A stretch of 64,000 nucleotides of DNA, from the NCBI RefSeq assembly GCF_009914755.1, contig NC_060927.1, one strand, 5' to 3'. Below, one piece after another: positions 54,331 through 64,000 of this stretch. The notes below the pieces were generated by a model. The model was given only the letters and a program-made list of their open reading frames with translations, had not been told where the DNA came from and searched no databases. A program made the translations under genes and the position numbers. Source of the stretch: the human T2T-CHM13v2.0 reference genome, Homo sapiens. The number at the start of each line of letters is the position of its first letter. Position 1 is the first letter of the stretch.

Positions 54331-55707
54331 ACTTTTACTTCATTTTAAAGTGTTTAGGATAAAAGAACTAGGTAGATTTGTACCCTCAGACACATAAATA
54401 CTCTTAGCGTTTAGCTTATGAACTAAGCAAAAATAAGCACATTATTTATGTGTCAAGAACTCTCCCCACCCCATGAAAAAAAGGCAGCAGAGTTTAATTG
54501 AAAAATGTTATAGACTTACTTTGAATACGAAACTGAATATTGGGGCCCAGTATTCTCTTCTTGAGACACTGACACAGACTCTTCCAAAGACCTCTTTGTG
54601 AGTCACCTATTTTCACGTTGGTTGCATCACCCTTTGGGGATTTGTTTGAATTATTCAGAAAGCTAGTTTTTCCCAGCGACGTGATTGCACAGCATATCCT
54701 GGACCCTCAGTTGCCAGGAGATCTTTTTTCCCTCCTCTCTCCTGGCACATAAAAGCAAACTAAAGCCCTAACTGGATTCAGGAGGAAGAGGCAGTTCTGA
54801 AAGAGAGGGCTCCATTCGTTCTGAGAGGAAGCACAGTTCCCAAAATGTCAGACTTTCCTTCTGGGCGAGAGGCAATCCCACAAGGCACTGCTAAGCGTAC
54901 TGGGATCAAGCTATTGTGAGCAGGAAAGAGATGTTTCCTTCGGAGGTCTTAGGACCTCAGAAGCAAGTAGCTGGAGGGAACACAATGACACTTGATATTA
55001 GCTGAGGTGTGATTCTGAAAAAGACTGACTCAGCCCTTTTCCAAAGAAAAGAGGCTGTGAGCACACAAAAATAATGTCTGAAAGAGGGGATTTAACACTT
55101 GTGCTCCCAAGGGAAGGCTACTGTATTTAGGAGTGAGTAACAGGCACTGCTTGTTCCCTGCTTTTTCAGTGTCTGCTGACACCACTAATTGCAAGTCATG
55201 TTGTGTCTCTTACTATGTAATGCTAAGCCACCGAAGTCCACAGAAAGCAGAGAGGTTGCTTAAATCCACCCAGCATTTTGGAATGGAGGATTTTATATCT
55301 TCTTCAGACATTTTTTGGGGTAAACACAGATCATTTTTATTATTATTATGTTTTTGCAATCAAAAAAGCTTTTTCCCCTCTCACTTTAAAAGCACCCCTG
55401 TGTTTGTTCATTCATCCATGTATCTACACATTTATTCACTCATCATCTATCACTGAGTTGACATTTATTATTATTATTACTAAAAGCTAACATTCATTGA
55501 ACTCTAAAAAAAAATCACTAATTTCCAAGTACAACTAATTTTATTGTACTCTCTCATTCATTTTTCATGTAACCAGTGAGACACTATTATTCCTTATATA
55601 GGTAAGGAAAATGAGGCACGAGGTGAAGTAGATTTGCTCAATCTCAAAGCTAGTAGTTGGAGAAGACACAACTCAAATCCAAATCTTTTTGACTCTATAC
55701 CCCTTTC

Positions 55708-56131
55708 CAGTAGCAACTGAAGTCATGTCATACTGGCTTACAAGAAACCAATTGTTAAATGTTCAGGAATTTTGAGTATTGGTTTGTTAAATATAGTCCT
55801 TATCGTAAATTAAATTATACAAATTTTGATTAAACTACATTAAAAACAAAATAATAAATACTTAAAATGATCACTTTGGAGTTATTTTATACCATTCTAC
55901 TTTATCCATATCTTGAGGTTATTTCTGTCTTCTGAATCTTAATGACAGAATTATTATAGAATGGCAGGCTATGACGTATCTCTTTACAACTCTGCATTCA
56001 GTGACACCATGCTGCTAGTTTGAAATTGGCCACGGTTGACTGTTTTCACCATGGAGATTGGCAAGTACTACAAATAGAGACTTTCTGTGCCCTAAAGAGT
56101 CGGTTGTTAAACACTTAGCAGCATACCAGTG
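55708..56131. mobile_element. MER63-like hAT-Blackjack element
   Basis: ccaattgttaaatgttcaggaattttg...gagtcggttgttaaacacttagcagcataccagtg. Confidence 0.7.
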
Positions 56132-57167
56132 ACCCTGTGTCTTGACTACCAAGGCATATAAATTCCACAAATACTGTGATGTTATGTACAGGCCTCATGC
56201 TGAATGCAGAAGATGCAAAGTTGAATCAGTCACAGTGGAAATAAGGAAGAGGAAAGCTCACCCACTGGAAATTGAAAGATTTTGGAGGCTGAATAATTCA
56301 AATGTAAAGCATCACTTCAAATAAATTATCCAGGTACAATTGTATGTATGGCAAAAGAAGACCTAAGATACCCGCAAAAATGTATAATCTGGAAGGTTTC
56401 AGTATGATAATCTCCTGTCTCTTCTCTGCTTTTATTGTAGAGAACACAATAAGAAAGAATTGTGCTATGAAGTAGACCATTTCAGGTCCAGTGTTTCCTG
56501 AACTGGAAAGTTCAAGAGTTGATGGATTTTGATCTTCTGAATATTGCTCTTTGACTAAGGGAATCACTATTCCTTATCTGGGATGCTTTTGTTTGAGAAC
56601 CAACTGACTAAGCATTAAACCAAACAGATGCTTTGTATGGCCAGAAAAAAATGAATTCTCTAAGGAACAGTTAAAGCCCACTGATATGGTAATTTGACAA
56701 CCAGACATGTTTCTAATAGAATTTCATACCAGTTTTGATTGTCTGTCAGCCAGATTCATTCTCAATAACCCTACAGAAATGGGCACACAGAAAGGTGGAA
56801 AGCAAGAGAAGAGGTAAGAAAGTCTAACAATCAGTATGGTTTTAAGTGCAAATTTAATCCCAGTTCTGCCATTTATTGGCAAATAATTTCCCTTTTCTAT
56901 GCTTCAACAGCCCTGTTTATAAAATAAGGGGGTTGGATCATCCACCTTTTTCAAGTTTAGTCTGCAAAAGCATTACCACCTGAGCTAATTCATATACGGG
57001 TTTTCAAATCCCACCTGCAGGTCATTAGATCGTTAGATCCAGGTTATGGCCAGCAGTTTGCATTTTAAGCCAGCATTTAATTTGACTCTATTCCCAATGA
57101 TCTGGTCCATCACATATCCACATGACTAGACTAGGTGATCTTTATTTCAGTCTGCATCTACCGTAAT

Positions 57168-57290
57168 ATTGACATTAAAAAGAATATATTTTCAGTATTA
57201 GTCAATATAGTGAATATATATATTCACTTTTAATGTCAATTAAAAAGAATATATTTTCAATGTTAGTCAATACAGTTAGTGAATATATAT
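57168..57290. repeat. Complex direct plus inverted micro-duplication with a 20-bp perfect palindrome
   Basis: Direct copies at 57174-57221 and 57239-57290; palindrome at 57209-57228; 57168-57180 is inverted at 57228-57240. Confidence 0.9.
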
Positions 57291-58591
57291 GTATGAATAT
57301 GTCGCTTGGAATTTTCATCTTAAGGAAGAGATGTTTTGCCTTGTATAACCTTTTAGTTTACATCTTCTATTTGAGTCTTACCTCTTATTTCTCTAATTTG
57401 ATGGAAGTCATCTGATAGGGTTTAGGATACATGTTATCTGGGTGATGGGAAAATTTAGCTGCTAGTTTAGTGGCTAACAGCATTCCAGTAATGGGCTTTC
57501 TGAAAGGGTGAAAAATATAAAGCTATCACCGTGTGTTTGCTGGGAATGATTTTGAAAAGCAATTGGAAAAAGACCAAAATCTAAATTATTGTACTATTGA
57601 ATTCAAGTCACTATTGTAGAAAGCAAGAACATTGAACTGGCTTTTAGATAGATAACTTATACACCACGTCTGACTGAGGTTTGTCCTGTAATAAGAAATA
57701 AGATTTGAAAATAAACAACTGTGTGTTGTTATAGAGGACATAGTTTCCCCAATCTTAGGCATGACTAGTTTCTACTGTGCAGCAAGAGATAATGACTCCC
57801 ATCTTTCTCCTAATTAGATGAGTGCAGTGAACTTCTGTGATTCCCATCTGCCTACGATTTATCCTTCTTCTGATAATAGCACCCCGATTTTCCTCTGGGT
57901 GATACAACTTCCCTCCCTGTTTGACCACATACTTTGGGAGTTGGAGGGTGAGAGCAGGAGAACATTCCTCTTAGCACAGTGATTGGTTTTTGGATGGGAA
58001 TGAGACAATTTAGAACAGTAAGAATTAATTTTCAGACTTTTGTTAAATAGCTAGAGGAGTCCTTTTTCATTTTGCTGGATTTGAAACTAGGAGGAAGGTG
58101 GGGCGAGACCTGATGACAACTATTTTGTCATTCTGCAAACTCAAGCTGAGTTTGAAGCTATCACATCTATGCCCTGGAGATTTTCCCATGAGCATATATA
58201 GGATTAAAACAGTTTTCTTTTTTTTTAAGTCACCTAAAACCAAACTAATCCTAATTGATTCACTGAGCAACTGCCCAAATCATGTAAATTCTCTAGGCTG
58301 CAATGTTTTCATTTTTCAAAAGGTATATGCAAAATAAGGGTAAAAATCTAAAAAAAAAACTTTAGTACTCCCAAGCTGTATACAATTATAAGTGTATAAG
58401 CACATACAAGAAAAGAAAGAATATATAAGAAAGTGGTAATGTGTTTCACTTGAGGAATGAGGACTTAGAATTGGGAGGGAGACTCAGTTTTCACTATGTA
58501 TTGTTTTGTACTATTTGAGTTTTGAGTTTTAAATTTTTATGTGTGTGTTTCACCTATTAAAAATCCCAATTGTATGTTTCTAGGAAGACAC

Positions 58592-58723
58592 TTTGTTTGT
58601 TTTCAGAGACAGAGTCTTGCTACATTGCCAAGTGTCTGGTCTTAAACTGCTGGCCTCAAACAATCCTCTTGCCTCGGCCTCCCAAACTGCTGGAATTACA
58701 GGCATGAGCCACTATCCCTGGCC
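58592..58723 (-). mobile_element. FLAM_C Alu monomer
   Basis: gacagagtcttgctacattgcc...gcctcggcctcccaaa...catgagccactatccctggcc; TSD-like aagaca. Confidence 0.85.
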
Positions 58724-59599
58724 AAAGACAACATCGACATGTTTATATCCATATAACAAGTTCATCTTTTGAATTTAATATTTGGTAGTACATAAACGCT
58801 GTAGTATATCTTTCCATTTGTTAAGATTCTTTTCCTTCAAAATGTGCTAAAATAATGGTGATGACACAAATATTAAAATTAATGTTCAGATGCTTCAAAA
58901 TATATTAATAGTATACACTTGATACTACTTTTAATACTTTCTGATTTTTATATACAATTTCTCCTCCCTCATTTTCAGAGTATTAATTCCATTTATCAAG
59001 GTGCCATCTGCTCAATTCCTCTAATCCTCAGTTCACCCATTTTGAAGATGAGACATCTCAAAGTAAATGAATCATTCAAATTGAGGACTTAGAGGGAGCT
59101 TATGTAATTCTATTTCATTACCTCTTCTAGCCTCGGGAATGGGTTATTCCATTTCATTTTATTTCCCATTGTCCTCACATTGTCTTATTTGGTTTTTTGG
59201 TGAACAGAACTTATTGAAATGATTTAAGTGAATCTTGTGCTCAGAGGCACAGAAATACAAGACCTAGAAGTGAGATATATGAAGATGAATATTATTTGGG
59301 TACATTTTGATCCTCCTGTATTTTCTTTATCCTCAGGGAATTATGTATCAGGGTCAGAATGAGGTTATCTATGGAGGCTTGTTCTACTGCCCTGCTATTA
59401 ATATTTTGCCCCCTTCTCGTTTAGGTCTTGGTTGCAATATCATTAATATTTTGAATCTAAGCAATGGACTTGAAAGGACCTGGTTAGAATGTAAAGATCT
59501 ATGTGGGTTGTTTTTTTTTTTCAGTGTAGACCTTATGTTATAAAGTTACTTCAAGGTGGTATAAAGTCATCTAAATAAAATTAAAGATAATAAAACTAT

Positions 59600-59840
59600 A
59601 ATTGCAAGTAGCTAATTTAGAATACTCTGTGTCCAGTGTTTTATACATTTTTATTGCTCACCTAATTCTCTCAATATGCCTTTTAAGAAAGTGCAATTAT
59701 TGCTCCCATTACACAGATGAGAAAATGGAGGCACCTAGAGTCTAAGATGAATAACTTGTTGAAGGTTGCACATGCAGTAAATGGCAGACCTGGGATTTGG
59801 ACATTGGCAAATGATTTCCAAACCTATGCTCTTTACTCCT
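59600..59840 (-). mobile_element. MIR SINE
   Basis: cccattacacagatgagaaaatggaggcac...aacttgttgaaggttgcaca...gtaaatggcagacctgggatttg. Confidence 0.75.
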
Positions 59841-60269
59841 CTCAGTGGGTTGAGACTCTGGAGAGGCAGATCCTAGCTTAAACAAACAGAGAAGAGTGAA
59901 AGCAGAATTAGGTATACGGCACAGAGGTAAATCAGAAAAGGGCGTGATTAATTTTATCTAGAGAGACCGAAGAGGCTTCCTGGAAAAGGTGACATAATAG
60001 ATGGAACTTGAAAGATGGGTTTTATTCAGTTTTATTCACTGATCTCTGAAATTTAACTTCAAACTATGATAACATATATGTTCAAATTAGGGGACAAGAT
60101 ACTAGAAATAAAATTAAATTTCAGCATTGAAACAGCTGTCCTAGTGAAAGGACTAACTTTCTTCAGTCCTTAGGGATGTATTTAGACATATGAAGATGTA
60201 TGACAATGCTTTGCAAATGGCACAACATCACAGAGAAATATTAGTTCTTATTACTTAAGTTTATAAGGC

Positions 60270-60810
60270 ATAGTGTTTGCTTTAATGGCCTCAATTCTTT
60301 ATCCTCTCTTGTAACTCCAATTTTCGCTGTGTAATCTTGAAGTCCCTTTCGCTAAACAGGCAGAGTCTACTTCCTCATCCTGAATCTGGGATGCCTTAAT
60401 TACTTGCTTTGGCTAATAGGATATTAGCAGATAGGGCACAAACAGAAATTTAACAAGGCCCTTGGAAAAAAAAAAATGAGGGGAAAATGTAAGATGCATT
60501 TTGAGCAAAATATGAGGAAACAAAAAAGCACTTGGGCATTTTTGCTTGTACTTGCTCTTCTCCCATCAGGAAACTATATCTAGGATACCCTGCTGCAGGG
60601 TGAGAAACATGAAAAGCAGAGCAGAGCCAAGCCCCTGGCCCCTTTATTTCAGCCAACACCACTACCGAAGGAACCACAGCCAGTGACTCCCTGGGCTTGT
60701 GAGCAAGAGTTAGTCCAATCCTGATCAGCCAACTCCAGCCTAATCAACTGCACCCTGCAGACTCATAAACTAAACCAATGCTTATTATTGTAGGCTACTG
60801 AGTTTTCCAT
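60270..60810 (+). mobile_element. MLT1G/H-like MaLR LTR
   Basis: aatggcctcaattcttt...acttgctttggctaatagga...ccctgcagactcataaac...aggctactgagtttt. Confidence 0.55.
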
Positions 60811-63502
60811 GAGGATTTCCTCTACCTACAGATAGCTTGAGGGTTGCAGTAGCTGACCTTGCAGTAGCCTGGGGGAAAAACAAAAAATATTTTATTATTT
60901 CAAGGAATAGTTAACAAGGAATCTATGTTGCTATGTCAATTTTGCCTAGTTACATAGCATCATTGTGACAATTAATCACTGATACAGCAGATGTGACCAT
61001 TTCATAGCAGCATCAACATCAAAAACTCCTGGGAGTCAATGGCTTCTATTTATTTTATGTTCCTAATAAAAGCAGAGGCAACGGGCACATGATACATGCT
61101 TTTTAGGCAAAAAACAAAAAAACAAAAAACAATAGCAATCTAGATTCTTTGACAGTAGTAGAATACTTCATGTTTATCCCTGAGGGAACTGCAGGGTGAA
61201 TTACTGTAACCCATCACTTGTCAAATAAAATCACAAACTAACTTTACACAGGCATGGCCAACAGCTAATTTAAACACTGTTGGAACTAACAGGTAGAAGA
61301 GATCAGTATATTGTAATTTGGCTTGTTTTCTTTTTAATTGCTCTTCAAGGGAACATCAAACCGAAGATAATATTCCAAAATCCTTTAACTTCAGGCTGGG
61401 AGGAATTAAAGTTAAATCATTAGGAATGTTTTTAAATCTTTTTGAGGTCCAAGTTTTTCAGACTCCTCCATGTATGGATAAAAATGAGCCAACATTAATG
61501 TCAATAAAGATTTCAAATAAAGATTATTTTATTTGTTCCAAATTGTAAATGATATACATGCTCCATATAGAAAATGAGAAAAATAGAGTTAAAAGAAAAC
61601 AAGTACAAATAATTCCACCATTCAATTATTGTTAATATGTTGGCATTTTAAATGTATTTTTATCTTAGTAACAGTAGCACGCTTTTGGGCACAGTGCTTC
61701 CTTTAATTGTCACAATCCAGTGAGTTGGTATTATCTCTATTTTTTAGAATAGAGGAACTGAGAATATAATAACAGGAATTTTGCTGACATACTAGCCTCT
61801 CCCTGCTGATACAGAAATTCAGCAATCCTTCTTAAGAGTCTCCTACTAATTTCTACTTTAGTTAACTTTTTATTATGGAAAATTCAAACTTACCCACCAG
61901 TAGAGGAAAAAGCACCATGAACCTCTATGCACCCATCACTCAGCTTCAATAATTAGTAACACACATCAATTTTGTTTCGTTGATAACCCCATCCATTTTT
62001 TTCTCATGTCCACTTGCTCTAATTTTCCATGTGGACTTCTCCGTCTATAGACCGTTTGAGGATAACTCACCCTGCAGATCCTCAGGAATAAAGATGAAAT
62101 ATTCCAGTACTTTCAAGGAGGCTCAGAATCTGTGTTAATTTGGTCTGAAAAAAAATGTGCCTTGTGCATGTTGGAGTGGGCTAAACTCTGTTTACCCTAA
62201 AGCGCATGGTTAATAGAAGGAACTGAGTTCAAGGAGCTGAAAATGTAGACATTGCCATGAAATTTACTTATACACCTACAAAGTAAGAATGAACAGGGTG
62301 CTGTATGGTCTACAAGCCACAGTCATGTCTTTCATCAAACATGATTGAATGTCCCTTTTTGAGAAAACTGCTTTGCTCAGAACATCATATTTCTAGCCCC
62401 CGGAGAAAGCCTTTGTGGTACCAAACCGGACTGTCCTCCTTTCAGTGCTCTGCGCACCCCCTGCACTGTCCCCGGCATCCCTTGCCCCAGGGCCAGGCTC
62501 TTCTCCAGGAGTGAGGCTGGCATGCTAGGTTGTGCCACTGTTATTCACCCTGAAATGTATGATTAGTTAATATTCATGAGGCCTTCTACCCAGTGGAGTT
62601 TGTTGGGGCATATGGAAACCACAGTCTCTGTTCTCAGCAAGTTTGCACCAAAGCGTCTGAGTCTATTTACTCACAATTTGCCGATGTTTTGACATTTCCT
62701 TGCTGATTTGCCTCATGAATGAGTGCCTGGTGATACTTTCCTGATCGGAAGTAATACCCCAATGAGCCAAAGATTGGCTTCTCCTGTTGCCATGGGGCAT
62801 CCTGTCTCATTTTCTCACAGAATAAATGTTGCACTTGAGGGAAAATAAAAAAAGGTGGCAGCCCTAAATGTCTCCGGTTTCTGTGTCTTATGCATAGTCT
62901 CTGTAGCTAAAAAAAGTAAGTAGATTTGTCACCCAGCTCTATAGCACTTACATGTGGATGATAGCATTTTTTTCACCTTAATCTTGTGAGATTAGGGATA
63001 AAGACATAATTCTTTTTTTTTTTAGTTTGAAATTAAAACATATTTTCTGTCACTACTATACAAAAAGTGTAAAAAATATAAAACCTAAAAACCAAAACTA
63101 CTCTTCCTATTTCAGTCTCCAACCCTATTTACTTAATTTTTCTCTTTGGAACTGATTATGGCTTATTTGGTATGCACACTCCTAGATATTTCTCAATGCT
63201 CTCATATGTACACTTATACATGTGTGCATGTTTCTAAGCATAGACATACACAGTGTAAAGAAACATATGAACACATCTATTCACATATATATGTGGTTCT
63301 TTTTGCACAAATATATTAAATATAAGATACCACTGATTGTACAATGTGACATTATTTTATGTACAGCATCAAGACTATTGCCTGGCCAATAAAAATTGTA
63401 AGACAATAGCAATTATAGAACTCATAATAATGTGAAAATGTGCAAAATAAACATCTTGAAATCGATGAAATATGGCAGCTTTTTTTTTTAATTGTTGTTG
63501 GT

Positions 63503-63652
63503 TTCTTTTCTTTTTTTTTTTTTTGAGATAGGGTCTCTGTCTGTCATCCAGGCTGGAGTGCAGTGACATAATCACAGCTCACTGCAGCCTAGAACTCCTG
63601 GGCTCAAGTGATCCTCTAGTAGCTGGGACTACAGGTGTGTGCCACCATGCCA
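63503..63652 (-). mobile_element. Alu right-arm monomer (FRAM/AluJ-like) within old L1M sequence
   Basis: Poly-T, then gagatagggtctctg...cacagctcactgcagcct...gctgggactacaggtgtgtgccaccatgcc. Confidence 0.8.
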
Positions 63653-63919
63653 TCTTTTGTTTTTGTTTAATGGAACAGCACAGATATATTTTCACTTCAG
63701 GGCAAATAGTTCCACCTGTTTTTAAACTACTGGCTATTATAGTCAGTTGTCTCATAATTTATTTAGCTATTCTCATATTGTTGAACATTTAGTTTGCTTC
63801 CAGATTTACTATTAAAGAAGCATTGAATGCACATATGTCAGTATAACCCTTTGCATACATATGTGAAAATTATAGAAAACATATTCTTAAAAGCATACCT
63901 AAGGGTTAAAGACCATAAG

Positions 63920-64000
63920 TGATATGGTTTGGCTGTGTCCCCACCTGAATCTCATCTTGAATTGCAGCTCCCACAATTCCCATGTGCTGTAGGAGGGACC
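63920..64000 (+). mobile_element. THE1 LTR 5' end, cut by the window edge
   Basis: tgatatggtttggctgtgtccccacc...tctcatcttgaattg...ctcccacaattccc. Confidence 0.9.

Overview
AT-rich, repeat-dense primate (very likely human) nuclear DNA, judging by the AluY/AluS/AluJ, L1PA, THE1, MLT2A and MER4-group elements. It looks intergenic: I find no supportable protein-coding exon chain, tRNA, rRNA or CRISPR array. The only gene-derived feature is a processed RPS10 pseudogene (about 40043-40642) with a complex frameshifting indel. The other ORFs in the track are Alu, L1, LTR or low-complexity artefacts, or have no recognisable homology. The window holds roughly 25 solo LTRs (many with intact target-site duplications, TSDs), several multi-layer nested insertions, and DNA-transposon MITEs. 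I see no evidence of a new enzymatic or biological system. The most unusual signal is a cluster of local recombination and repair scars: (i) two inverted L1PA copies about 6 kb apart that share private mutations, including an ORF2 nonsense codon, which points to gene conversion; (ii) a ~440-bp inverted duplication (about 89% identity by hand count) around a 1.25-kb spacer, a candidate inversion substrate; (iii) a 104-bp copy of sequence from 3.9 kb upstream pasted into an MLT2A1 LTR; and (iv) a micro-scale fold-back duplication-inversion at about 57.2 kb. Repeat subfamily names come from my recall of consensus sequences and need RepeatMasker/Dfam confirmation.
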